DNA of 64,000 bases from assembly GCA_002269645.1 (NCBI GenBank), contig NIVC01002043.1, forward strand, positions 1 through 64,000, read 5' to 3'. The notes below the pieces were generated by a model. The model had not been told where the DNA came from. It did not search any database and saw only the letters and a list, made by a program, of their open reading frames with translations. Below are positions 1-12,399 of this stretch, piece after piece. Positions within the stretch are counted from its first letter, which is position 1. Each line of letters starts with the position of its first letter. Source of the stretch: Macrostomum lignano (taxonomy: Eukaryota). Made by a program: the position numbers and the translations under genes.

Positions 1-18
1 CTCATTCAGTTGAAAGCG
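1..18 (+). CDS. Eph: Eph receptor exon 1, 3' end only (end of signal peptide, ...HSVES)
   Basis: Consensus donor G|GTAAGC at 19-24. The phase-1 end joins exon 2 to give HSVES-DSLLDT, which fits a V-x-S signal peptidase site just before the Eph LLDT motif. The start lies outside the window. Confidence 0.55.
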
Positions 19-1409
19 GTAAGCGGTTAATCCTTAATTCCATAACTGTGCATTAGAGCTACTGTTGACAATATCAGCCAGCGCTGACTCATTCGCTGAC
101 AGTTGCTAACTTGTCAGCTGGTCCCGATCTGACTCAACAACCGAAACCCTCACTGTCTTAAATATAAAGTTCTAAAGCCACCCCCCCCCCCCTAGCTGAA
201 CTTTTAAAGCCCCAGCTAACTGAAAAATGACTCACAAAGTTCGATTTGAGACATTACTCCAAAATGACTGACAGGTTGTGTCGCTTCTATACATTTGTTT
301 GTACACGCTTGGCTTGAGGCGAGACAAGAGAAGGTAGCTGAGGGTGCTCATGCAGTTATGGACAGTGGGTGATGATGATGCGTGTTTCAACACTTTCCTG
401 CTTGCAGTTTCCTCAATGAACGCTTGCTGCTGGGGAGGCTGGGAGACCCAGGGGTGATGGTGGCGGCGGTGGCTGGCTGTCTCTTGGCCTCATTGTCGAG
501 AGTGACTCATGCTGATGCTACGGCAGCCAAACTATACTTCTGCATTGAATGATGCCAACAGAAATTGACTCAATAAAATTAATTAAATAAATGTTCGAGC
601 ATGAGAAACTTCAACTGAATTTCTGTCTGGGGGGCAGCTTTGACTCTCAGCTTACGGCCGGGTTGCGGCGTGGGGAGTTGAGGAAGATCAGATAATGAAA
701 ACTGTCTAAAAACTGTCCACTTCTTCGACTTCTTACGTAACCAGTCCGGCGCTGGAATGCAGATAAAGACGACAGAAAGAGAAACAGACACCCTCTCAGG
801 AGAGAGCAGGAGATACCCCTGTGCGGTCTCCTCTGGAAATCCTGCATGGCATCCGAGAGACGGATTCTGACCGCTTCATCTACCCCCCCCCAAATGCCGG
901 TCCATCACTGCCTGTCCCATTGTTTATGCCGAAATTCTTTCCATTTTTCTGTTTTTCTTTTTCGGTTTTGGTTCCTTCTTATCTGTAACGGTCCGTCTCG
1001 CTTCACCTCTGGCCTCTAACTAATAGATAGATAGTTCGCTGTGTCTGGCCACCCGCCCGAGTCAGTTCAGAGAGAGAGGCACCTGTTGCTTTCCGTCTCC
1101 ACCCCACCCTCACAGGTCCCTGTGTAGCCATTTCTCTCTTCTTTTCCTAAAGTTATTATGATTTTGCAACTCTAAGAAGCTTTATAACTGTTTCTATTCT
1201 TTATCTTAGCCAGGCTTAGTATGAATAGCGATATTTTATAAATAATTAATTGCGCAAGTTTAACTGCTGCATTTCAGTCAATTTTACGGAAACTAACTTT
1301 CTAATTTTTTCATAATTTATTGCGAATTAATCTGCATTTGTTGTAATTTTGAGTTTAGCTCTGTCACACTGACTTTATCCCCTCTTTCTCGCTTTCTTGT
1401 CTATCTTAA

Positions 1410-1930
1410 AACTGCATCTCTACCCTTCATCTTCCTATCCCTCACCCTGCATCTCTACCCTTCATCTTCCAGTTTCACTCTAATGCTATCTTTACCCTTA
1501 CATATCTAATCTTCATCTTCCACTCTCATGCTATCCCTCACCCTGCATCTCTACCCTGCATCTCCCACTCTCATGCTATCCCTCACCCTGCATCTCTACC
1601 CTGCATCTCCCACTCTCATGCTATCCCTCACCCTGCATCTCTACCCTGCATCTCCCACTCTCATGCTATCTCTCACCCTACATATCTAATCTTCATCTTC
1701 CACTCTCATGCTATCCCTCACCCTGCATCTCTACCCTGCATCTCCCACTCTCATGCTATCTCTCACCCTGCATCTCTACTCTGCATCTCCCACTCTCATG
1801 CTATCTCTCACCCTACATATCTAATCTTCATCTTCCACTCTCATGCTATCTCTCACCCTACATATCTAATCTTCATCTTCCACTATCATACTATCCCTCA
1901 CCCTGCATCTCTACCCTTCATCTCACTATC
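1410..1930. repeat. 45-bp C/T-rich minisatellite
   Basis: CTATCCCTCACCCTGCATCTCTACCCTGCATCTCCCACTCTCATG, ~11 copies. Confidence 0.9.
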
Positions 1931-3235
1931 CTTCACAGAAGCTCCTTTTGTCTGCCTATCTATCTTGTCTTATCCTTATCTCTTCTACCATTCTCTTATT
2001 GACATTTATACTTCTCTCTTTGTCTCTCACAAGTCTATTTTTTCCTAAAAGTTTCTGAATCCTTTCTACACACAATAACTTACTTCTCCGCGCTTTGCCC
2101 CCTGAAATTGAAAGCCCTTAACTACGCTACAATCGCAGCGAGCGATACCCTACTCAAACTTCGCTTCCTTGACCCTTCAGAGAAACAAATCGCTAATCCC
2201 TATCGCAGGAGCGTGACCCTCTTCACTGGGTTAGAAGGAGCTTTGTTTGCCCAGAAGTGGCCACCGCAGCAGCAGCCCTCCCAGCTCACGATGAGGAATC
2301 CTGGACCGGGGCCCCGTCTTCTCCCAGTTCATGATTTCGAGTGCAGTCAGGAGACCAGAGGGGCCAACTGTTGAAACAGGGTGGGGAGGGGCATTCTCTT
2401 CTGGAGTGCTTCTTTGCGCCTCCCTGCAGGGGTGCTTAGGCATTATATCTATCCTATCGCTTTTAAAAGCAAACCTTTTTTCTGCATTCCTATCTCTGCT
2501 GCTAGAGCCAGTTGCCTGTAGAAGAAGCCCTCAGACTACCCGCGGATACCACCCCTCCTAATGGTGACCAGGTTTTTTAAAAATGAGTTTCACTCCCTAT
2601 CCGGGGCTCCCCGTGTTCCTGAAGCACCTTGTCAAGCTGTCGCCTCAGCACCAGATGCGCTGCAGTTTTTTTCTTCTGAAATAAAACACTTGTCAATTTA
2701 TATCGACAGCCAGCCATTCTAAATTGGCTTTTTTTGATAATTTTGCTATGATGAATCCATTACTCAATTCTTCAGCCTCTTCAGAGCCTCAATACAAATG
2801 CATAATGCAGACGCTGGAGCCAGGGGGGGGAGATGTATTGATGAAGAACAATCATCAGTCTCTGCTCGATTTTCTCACTGTCTGTTTGCGCAATGGACTC
2901 AAATTACCCAAATAACTGGCTGAGCTCGGGGGGGGGGTGACGCCAACAGTTGCGAGAAACGGGCCCGGCTGTCCTGGTCGAATGACGAAGTCTGCGCCAA
3001 ACCGAAATCTGAGAGACAGGAAGGCGGGAGACAAGCGAGCATAAATCACGATGAAGGCCTCATATTTTATGCAGCCTCACGACTGCCACTTTCTCAATCA
3101 TCCCCCGTCTCTTGCCGAACCGCATCGGCTCAAATCTCGTCACGTTTTTGGTCTTTTTTTAAAAATCGCCCGACTGACTACCGAATTTGGTTTTAACTTG
3201 GCTGTTGGTCTGGCTGAGAAATCCTCGCGTATTCT

Positions 3236-3700
3236 CTCGTCTCCCTCTCAGTCTCCCTCTCAGTCTCCCTCTCAGTCTCCCTCTCAGTCTCCCTCTCAGT
3301 CTCCCTCTCAGTCTCCCTCTCAGTCTCCCTCTCAGTCTCCCTCTCAGTCTCCCTCTCAGTCTCCCTCTCAATCTCCCTCTCAGTCTCTCTCTCAGTCTCC
3401 CTCTCAGTCTCCCTCTCAGTCTCCCTCTCAGTCTCTCTCTCAGTCTCCCTCTCAGTCTCCATCTCAGTCTCCATCTCAGTCTCCTTCTCAGTCTCCTTCT
3501 CAGTCTCCTTCTCAGTCTCCCTCTCGTTCTCCCTCTCAGTCTACCTCTCGTTCTCCCTCGCAGTCTACCTCTCGTTCTCCCTCGCAGTCTCCCTCAAAGT
3601 CTTCCTCTCAGTCTCTCTCAGAGTCTCGCTTCTAAATCTCCAACTCATTCTCCATCTCAGACTTCCTTTCAGTCTCCATCTCAGCCTCCCTCTCAGTCTC
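3236..3700. repeat. 12-bp minisatellite (TCTCCCTCTCAG)n
   Basis: ~25 near-perfect copies, then degenerate. Confidence 0.95.
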
Positions 3701-4773
3701 CCACGCAATCACTGTTCAGAACTGAAAGCTCAGAGCCTATCAATATTGATTGCCAGCCCAGAAGCGGATACCGCACTGACCGATCCGTCGTTTAACTTCT
3801 TTCAGAAACTCGCCCTCTCTGTCTTATTGAATTTGCTGCCTAAAAATATGCAGCTGCCCGCCATAGCTCAAGAAGTTATTAGATAGATACCGCCTACTGA
3901 TATGAGCAGCTTGAGTGACTGCTCCCCGCTATCCTATACTCGTATCTGTCTCCATCTTAGATTTTTTCTCGGCCGGGTCTCAACTGGTGACGGCTGGCAC
4001 GCCGCAGCCCCAGTCAGTAATTGAGTCTGCGACTGCCGTTCTCCCCTCGGCCTCTCTTTTGCGAATTATCCCCTCCCTCCCCGATCCCCCCCTCTCTCTC
4101 TCTCTCTTGATCCATTAGGATATTTTCCCCATAAACCCTCCGAAATGCGCAATCTCCCCAGAAGAGTAAGAGGAAAGGAAGTTCCTCTTCTTTATCGTTG
4201 CTGACCTCTCCCTCCGCTCTCTCTTGGCTGAACAGAGGAACTGAGAGAGAAGATAGGGATATAAGGGAGAGAACGACAGGAGGCGTTAAAAAAAGCAACC
4301 ATATTTTTAGATGCTCCCATTTGAGCAATAGAAGAAAGGCTTGAGCACAGTATATCGCTGGGGATAGGACGGGATTCAGATCCCTCCAAAATTGCCTGGC
4401 AAGCGGTGGTTATCCGGTAGTTAAGATCCCCATGGCTCAGTTTCACTACCAGTCAGGCCAAAAATTCCCCATTGACTGACTGAGCAGTGGCATCCCTGAC
4501 TGCATCCCTATCCCCTCTCCCTCCCTAGCCCCACTCATGCCTTCAGCCCCCCCCTGACTGCAATCTATTATTCAAACAATTTTTAAAATCATTTTATTAG
4601 AGAAAGAGAGGGCAATGCGGGGAAAGGAAGAAACTGTAAAAATGAGCTAGATTTCAACATTGTTCGCTCAAGCCTTGAAAGCTGCGCTGCGCTTGAATCT
4701 CTAAAATCTTGATCAACTGCCGCAATTCAGTAAATTTGATCAGCCAACTCCCAACCTCTGCACCTGATTTCAG

Positions 4774-4844
4774 ATTCTCTGCTGGACACAGCTCGAGACT
4801 TCAGCGGCAGCTGGAACAACTGGGTGGTCAACAGGAAGGACGGG
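4774..4844 (+). CDS. Eph: Eph receptor exon 2 (start of ligand-binding domain, SLLDTARDFSGSWNNWVVNRKDG)
   Basis: TTTCAG acceptor and GGG|GTGAGA donor; 71 nt, phase 1 to 0. LLDT...W motif of the Eph LBD N-terminus; joins exon 3 in frame. Confidence 0.85.
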
Positions 4845-5510
4845 GTGAGACAGGGTGATGAGGGAGATATTGTGCAGGGTGAGACTGGGAGATGAGGGAG
4901 ATATCGTGCAGGGTGAGACTGGGAGATGAGGGAGATATTGTGCGGGAGTGAGACTGGGAGATGAGGGAGATATTGTGCAGGGGTGAGACTGGGAGATGAG
5001 GGAGATATTGTGCGGGAGTGAGACTGGGAGATGAGGGAGATATTGTGCGGGAGTGAGACTGGGAGATGAGGGAGATGTTGTGCGGAAGTGAGACTGGGAG
5101 ATGAGGGAGATGTTGTGCAGGGGTGAGACTGGGAGATAAGGAAGATATTGTGCGGTAGTGAGACTGGGAGATGAGGGAGATATTGTGCGGGAGTGAGACT
5201 GGGAGATGAGGGAGATATTGTGTGGGAGTGAGACTGGGAGATGAGGGAGCTATTGTATGGGAGTGAGACTGGGAAATGAGGGAGATATCGTGCAGGGTGA
5301 GACTGGGAGATGAGGGAGATATTGTGCGGGAGTGAGACTGGGAGATGAGGGAGATATTGTGCGGGAGTGAGACTGGGAGATGAGGGAGATATCGTGCAGG
5401 GTGAGACTGGGAGATGAGGGAGATATCGTGCAGGGTGAGACTGGGAGATGAGGGAGATATTGTGCGAGAGTGAGACTGGAGATAGAGATTTTGTGCAGGG
5501 ATGAGACTGA
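4845..5510. repeat. 33-34-bp G/A-rich minisatellite starting at the exon 2 donor
   Basis: GTGAGACTGGGAGATGAGGGAGATATTGTGC(A/GG)G(G/A), ~19 copies. Confidence 0.95.
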
Positions 5511-5999
5511 GAGATGAGGTGAATGGACTGAGAAAGATTTTAGATATTTTCTTTGTTATCGGACCACACAGCTTCATAACTGTTAATAAAGAAGACAATG
5601 GCATATCAGTGAAAGAAACTGCAATTAGAAAAAATGTAAAAAAGCCAGACCTCTCTATTGTAAAACAGAAACTTTCTTAAGCATGTCACGTGGCATCTTT
5701 CTTGCTACTCAACTTGCTCAGCACTGATAGTGTGCGGCTATGATGCCAGAATGACAGGTAAAACTGGGTCAGTTAGCGTGCCAGCAAGGGGTCACAGGCA
5801 GACATGCATACCACACGTGTTCAGGTATTGTTCAAAATCCGCTTTAGATCTGGACAATTTTTTTGCTGACCTCTGCCTTGGCTCACCAGCCTATTGTATG
5901 TGAAATCGTTACAGGCAAATGCTACTTTACATTTTTTAATATAAGCTTTAGGAGTATAATGATCCAGCCTTAGGTCTGAGTTTGGGCCAGACCCTCAGG

Positions 6000-6650
6000 C
6001 TGGCCCGCTAAACTCTCAGATCGTCAGGCTTGCGGCCGCCACCCTCCCAGCACCTTAGGATTTGGGCCGCCACCCTCCCAGATCCTCAGGCTTGAGGCCG
6101 CCGCCCTCCCAGATCCTCAGGCTTGGGGCCGCCGCCCTCCCAGATCCTCAGGCTTGGGGCCTCCACTCTCCCAGATCCTTAGGCTTGGGGCCGCCACCCT
6201 CCCAGATCCTCAGGCTTGGGGCCGCCACCCTCCCAGATCCTTAGGCTTGGGGCCGCCACCCTCCCAGATCCTTAGGATTTGGGCCGCCACCCTCCCAGAT
6301 CCTCAGGCTTGGGGCCGCCACCCTCCCAGATCCTTAGGATTTGGGCCGCCACCCTCCCAGATCCTTAGGCTTGGGGCCGCCAACCTCCCAAATCCTCAGG
6401 CTTGGGGCCTCCACTCTCCCAGATCCTCAGCTGCTGGGCCACCGCCACCCTCAAAGATCCTCAGTTGCTGGGCCACCGCCACCCTCAAAGATCCTCAGCT
6501 GCTGGGCCACCGTCAGCCTCCCAGATCCTCAGTTGCTGGGCCACCGTCAGCCTCCCAGATCCTCAGTTGCTGGGCCACCGTCAGCCTCCCAGATCCTCAG
6601 TTGCTGGGCCACCGTCAGCCTCCCAGATCCTCAGTTGCTGGGCCACCGCC
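6000..6650. repeat. 31-bp minisatellite grading into a 34-bp unit
   Basis: GGCCGCCACCCTCCCAGATCCTCAGGCTTGG. Confidence 0.93.
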
Positions 6651-8433
6651 AGGCTCTGATATCTTTACTGTCCTTAATAAACATTTTAAATTCCAACTTA
6701 AATGCTCAATTGCCGAGCATACGGTATTTAAAAAGCCTCTGATTGACAGATGAAATCATGAGATATGAGCGTAAAATTTTTGCAGAAACTGCCAGGTGGG
6801 TTTAGAGAAGAGATAAGAGTCGCTGGAAACTTCTTGGATCAACATCTCAGTTCCGTGTCGATAGCTGTATGCGCCGAGAACTGAGATGGAAAGGTAGAGA
6901 ACCTACTCAGATGCTGAGACCTCCATCCAAATAGTTATCAGTGTTTGTCCAGCCCGAGGTCGCTGCCGTCAGTCAGCGGGTTTCTAAGAACGCAACGGTG
7001 AATCAAACAAAGTTGATTTTTCTGAGTGAGTGCTACACGGGAATTCAATTAGAAGCCTTCTGCTGCGAGAGGCGGGGGGTGCGCGAGCAACTCATGAGCC
7101 TTGGCGATACCTTAATTTGAGCTAATCAGCTGGAATACTCTGAGGTGCGGGTTAAAATAGCCGTGGTTAGAGAGGTCACTGGGTATTAAGAATTTATTAA
7201 CCGTGCTATACGGGCAGGCATCCTTCTAGTAACCCATGAGGGCATTGAGCTTTTTTGCTGGTCTGATAGCGCGATGCTTGTCTGGATTGTATGTTTCTGC
7301 TGTCTTTTTCATATTTCTTATCTCTCATTTCTATTCTTTAATCTCTCTTCCCTCATCTCTCTTCTCTCCTCTCTTCTCTCTTCAATCGTCTCTTTTCTCA
7401 TGTATATTCTCTCTTTTCTGTTCTGTCATCTCTTTTCTCTCATCTCTTACGATCTATCTCTCTCCTTTTCGCTCTCCTCTCTCTAATCCCCTCACCCTCT
7501 GCCATATCTTATCCATTCCCTGGCTCTCGACACTAAATTTTCAATATTCACCCATTTGCCTGACTTTCACTGGAAACCGTGAACCAGGGGGCTACAGGGA
7601 TAGTTTAGCGAGTTTGCTGGGAATCCCAATTCAACCCCAGAGGTTGCCTCAGGACACACTGTGCAAACCGGGGAAGGCGGAGAGACAGTCTCCCTTGGAA
7701 AGAGGAACTGCTCTCTAAGAATCCTGCCAGTCAAGGGATAATCTCAATTAGTCCCGCCTCTCTGACTCGCCCAGCCTCTGCAGCCGCCCCATCTATCTGA
7801 GCAATTGCTAGTTCAGCAGCTCGGAAGAAAGACACTTCACTCAACTACCAACGCCCTGCCTGCTGCAGCAGTCTTTAAGTCGCCACAGACTCCCTAGCAG
7901 CTCAACTGTGGCTAGCTGCAAGTCTATATATTTTTCCCATTCTGTCCCAACCACCCGCAGCCCATTCACGCATCCGCGAGATCCATCAAGTTGAGGCCTG
8001 GGGTCCCCGGCCCTCCTTATCAGCCCCACACTTGATGATTTCTTATCTTAGCGACCGGGTCCGCACTTGACGGCTGCGGGAACTGACACTGATTTGATTT
8101 GCTGAGGTCAGCGGGTCAGCGCTCCCCCCCCCCGCCTACCCCGGTTTTTCTGCTTTATAGCTGACGGTTACTAATCCTGGCTGTCGTTTTGAAAGCACTT
8201 TTGTCGTTATGAAAAGACATACTAATTGCGTTACATGTAGGAGCTGAATGGATTGCTAATCTAGTCAAAATGGATTACTAATCTAGTCAAAATGGATTAC
8301 TAATCTAGTCAAAATGGATTGCTAATCTAGTCAACACCGTGGATAAAAGCTTAGAATGGATTGCTAGTCTAGTCAACATCGTGGATAAAAGCTTTGAATG
8401 TATTGCTAGTCTAGCAACCCCTCACGCCTCCAG

Positions 8434-9145
8434 TGGTACAAGTCGAACTCCGGCCTGGCGAACGGCATGGTCTACTCCGTGTGCCAAGTTGAGTCAGACG
8501 AGGCCCTCGAGTTCTGGCTGCGCAGCCCCTTCATCGACTGCCGCGACGCTCGGTCGGTCAGCGTGGAGCTGCGCTTCACCACCCGCACCTGCGCCAAGCA
8601 CCCGCGCCCCGATGGCCTGAAGCGCTGCAAGGAGACGCTGGACCTGATGGTGCTGCATAGCAGCGGCTCCTCGGCCGACGCCGCCCTGGCCGCCAACCTC
8701 AGCGACACCTTCTTCACCAAGGCCTACACCGTGGCGCCCGACGTGAAATGGGATCGCAATCCTGCCCAGAACCAGATGCGCTCCATCATCAACACCAAGG
8801 TGTTCACCTTCGAGGTGCAACGGAAAGGGATGTACATAGCGCTGCGCGACACCGGGTCCTGCGTGTCGCTGCTGCAGGTGCGGGTGTACTTCATGGCCTG
8901 CCCGCAGACCGTGGCGAACCTCACCGTGTTCGACCGGACCCCGGCGCCGCACCATTCAGCCGACGATCTGCGCTCCGTCGACCTGCGGACTGTGCGCGGC
9001 CGATGCGTCGACGGTGGCGAGTTGCGCGGAGGCCCGGCGCCGTCCAGGATCTGCCGGTTCAACGGCCAGTGGTTCGATGTGTACAACAGCGGACACTGCG
9101 TCTGCAGGGCCGGTCGATTCGGGCAGGCCGGAGCCTCCTGCGATC
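8434..9145 (+). CDS. Eph: Eph receptor exon 3 (ligand-binding domain and sushi-like region)
   Basis: WYKS...YSVCQV...FWLRSPFI...VELRFTTRTC...CKETLDL...GSCVSLLQVRVYFMACP...CRFNGQW...CVCRAG. CCTCCAG acceptor, C|GTGAGT donor; 712 nt, phase 0 to 1. Confidence 0.95.
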
Positions 9146-9159
9146 GTGAGTGGCTTTTG

Positions 9160-9680
9160 TGCGGTGTTTATTTGGTTTACTGGGGTTAATTGTGGTTTAT
9201 TGGGGTTTGTTGGGGTTTATTGGCTTATTGTGGTTTACTTGGGTTTGTTGGGGTTTGTTGGGGTTTATTGGGGTTTACTGGGGTTTATTGTAGTTTATTG
9301 TGGTTTATTGGGGTTTATTGTGGTTTACTGGGGTTTATTGTGGTTTATTGAGGTTATTGGGGTTTATTGGGGTTAATTGTGGTTTATTGTGGTTTATTTG
9401 GGTTTACGCTCGTATTGGGGTTTATTGGCTTATTGTGGTTTACTTGGGTTTGTTGGGGTTTATTGGGATTTACTGGGGTTTATTGTGGTTTATTGGTGTT
9501 TATTGTGGTTCATTTGAGTTTATTGGGTTTATTGGTGTTTATTGTGGTTCATTTGGGTTTATTGGGGGTTTATTGGTGTTTATTGTGGTTCATTTGTGTT
9601 TATTGGGGTTTATTGTGGTTCATTTGGGTTTATTGGGGTTTATTGGTGTTTATTGTGGTTTATTGGGCTTTGGGGTTTCT
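9160..9680. repeat. G/T-rich degenerate 10-20-bp repeat after the exon 3 donor
   Basis: GGTTTATTGG/GGTTTATTGT. Confidence 0.9.
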
Positions 9681-10316
9681 TGTAGTGTAATTGGGTTATT
9701 GAAGTTTATCTGGGTCTGTTGGGCTCTTCAAAATGGTTTAAAATGAGTTTAAAATGGTTTATATATTTTTGATCTGGTTTGTAGTGGGGTTTTATGTAAT
9801 TTATAACGGGTTTCATGTGATATATAGGCTAGGGGCTCTCCGATACACTCTACTAGAATTTCTGGTTGTCACATCTTTTAGTAGCCATGATTTTCGTTTC
9901 CTTGACTCGACCCGATAGAGAGAGATAGAGAGAGAGAGAGACAGGTCGGAAGGGGGGATTAAAGATATGCAAATTTTATGCAAGACTGGTTTGAGTCCAC
10001 CGGGCTCCACTGAGCTGAATGACGTCTTCTGCTAGAAGAAAGTGAAATCGAGAAATGAAGACAGGGACAGACGGACACACGGGCTGCGCATGCGGACTGA
10101 TTCCACTTGTCAGCAGCTCCATCTGGGCTTTGAGCAGAGTGGCCCCTGCTCAGGATTCCGTGCTGAGAATTCGATTACAGTTTTTGTCTGCTCATATTAA
10201 TCAATAAAGTCAGTCATGCCAATCTGAGTTCAGGATGGGCTTAGGTTGGTTTTTTAAATTTGGACTCATATTTTGTTTATGCTCAAGGTGCTCAACTTAC
10301 GTGAGTCGTGTCGCAT

Positions 10317-11676
10317 CAATCAACTTGTGTGAGTCAGGTGTGATCAACAATCAACTTGTGTGAGTCAGGTGTGATCAACAATCAACTTGTGTGAGTCAGG
10401 TGTGATCATCAAGCAACTTGTGTGAGTCACGTGTGATCATCAATCAACTTGTGTGAGTCAGGTGTGATCATCAATCAACTTGTGTGAGTCAGGTGTGATC
10501 ATCAATCAACTTGTGTGAGTCAGGTGTGATCATCAATCAACTTGTGTGAGTCACGTGTGATCATCAATCAACTTGTGTGAGTCAGGTGTGATCAACAATC
10601 AACTTGTGTGAGTCAGGTGTGATCATCAATCAACTTGTGTGAGTCACGTGTGATCATCAATCAACTTGTGTGAGTCAGGTGTGATCATCAATCAACTTGT
10701 GTGAGTCAGGTGTGATCATCAATCAACTTGTGTGAGTCAGGTGTGATCAACAATCAACTTGTGTGAGTCAGGTGTGATCATCAAGCAACTTGTGTGAGTC
10801 AGGTGTGATCAACAATCAACTTGTGTGAGTCAGGTGTGATCATCAATCAACTTGTGTGAGTCTGGTGTGATCATCAAGCAACTTGTGTGAGTCAGGTGTG
10901 ATCAACAATCAACTTGTGTGAGTCAGGTGTGATCATCAAGCAACTTGTGTGAGTCAGGTGTGATCAACAATCAACTTGTGTGAGTCAGGTGTGATCATCA
11001 ATCAACTTGTGTGAGTCAGGTGTGATCAACAATCAACTTGTGTGAGTCAGGTGTGATCATCAAGCAACTTGTGTGAGTCAGGTGTGATCAACAATCAACT
11101 TGTGTGAGTCAGGTGTGATCAACAATCAACTTGTGTGAGTCAGGTGTGATCAACAATCAACTTGTGTGAGTCAGGTGTGATCATCAATCAACTTGTGTGA
11201 GTCAGGTGTGATCATCAATCAACTTGTGTGAGTCAGGTGTGATCAACAATCAACTTGTGAGTCAGGTGTGATCATCAATTAACTTGTGAGTCAGGTGTGA
11301 TCAACAATCAACTTGTGAGTCAGGTGTGATCAACAATCAACTTGTGAGTCAGGTGTGATCAACAATCAACTTGTGAGTCAGGTGTGATCATCAATTAACT
11401 TGTGAGTCAGGTGTGATCAACAATCAACTTGTGAGTCAGGTGTGATCAACAATCAACTTGTGAGTCAGGTGTGATCATCAATCAACTTGTGAGTCAGGTG
11501 TGATCAACAATCAACTTGTGAGTCAGGTGTGATCATCAATCAACTTGTGTGAGTCAGGTGTGATCATCAATCAACTTGTGTGAGTCAGGTGTGATCATCA
11601 ATCAACTTGTGAGTCAGGTGTGATCAACAATCAACTTGTGAGTCAGGTGTGATCATCAATTAACTTGTGAGTCAGG
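10317..11676. repeat. 31/29-bp minisatellite (~44 copies)
   Basis: CAACTTGT(GT)GAGTCAGGTGTGATCA(T/A)CAAT. Confidence 0.97.
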
Positions 11677-12399
11677 TAAGATTTCCCCTTATTCTGCAAG
11701 GATGCCTCAGTTGTCAGGACTCCCACAGGAATTCTACAGTTCCCCCCATAGTCAGCCTCAAGATCTGGTCGGCCATCAGGATCTGCTATTCTCAACCACC
11801 CCCCCCCGATAGCAACTCCACCATCGGGCTTGTCTCCCACGCTTCATTTTTTTTGCTTCTTTGCCTTCCTCCGCTAATCCCCCACAACCCCCCAGAGCGG
11901 ATGACAGATCGCGGCACCTTTGTTCCTGCCCCTGTGTCATGTCTCCGCAGAAACAGCGGAAACAAACAGGAGCCGCCCCGCTGCCACCGCCGCCCCATCC
12001 TCTCCAGTCACCGGCAAACTCCATCATTGACGGGATCGAGGGCTGCTGGTTGAGCCAAAGAGATCTAAAGCAGAAGCTGAACACTGCAGTCAGCTTTTAA
12101 TGCGTCTTTCAAATACCGCAAATTGAAGAGTGAGGAGTTAGCGCTCCAGATCCCCTGTTCAAGGCCTCCTTGATTTTGGGTGGGAAAACAAAGAGCTTGT
12201 CGAGCAGGTTTTTTATTCCCATATTTACCTCGTGCTCCCCAAGTTTAATTAGCGTTGGCGCCGGCAGTGACAGGAGGGTCCAGAGGAGGATATCCATCAT
12301 TTATGGGGGAGGGGGATGTCCATTATCTATGGAGGGGGTCTGTCTATTATCTATCGAGGAGAAGGGAATGTCTATAATCTATGAAGGTGAATGTCTATC

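Noticed and set aside
408-577. Possible exon (TTGCAG acceptor, open frame to TGA at 550-552, AATAAA at 572)
   Set aside because: No recognisable homology. The donor at 19 already joins exon 2 in phase. Could be an alternative terminal exon but unsupported.
3051-3795. SPSQ-, LSLP- and ETER-repeat ORFs
   Set aside because: All are translations of the 12-bp TCTCCCTCTCAG repeat within Eph intron 1; no splice or domain support.
7950-8110. Acceptor-like CCACCCGCAG at 7951-7960
   Set aside because: No frame yields Eph-like sequence, and exons 2 and 3 already join in phase.
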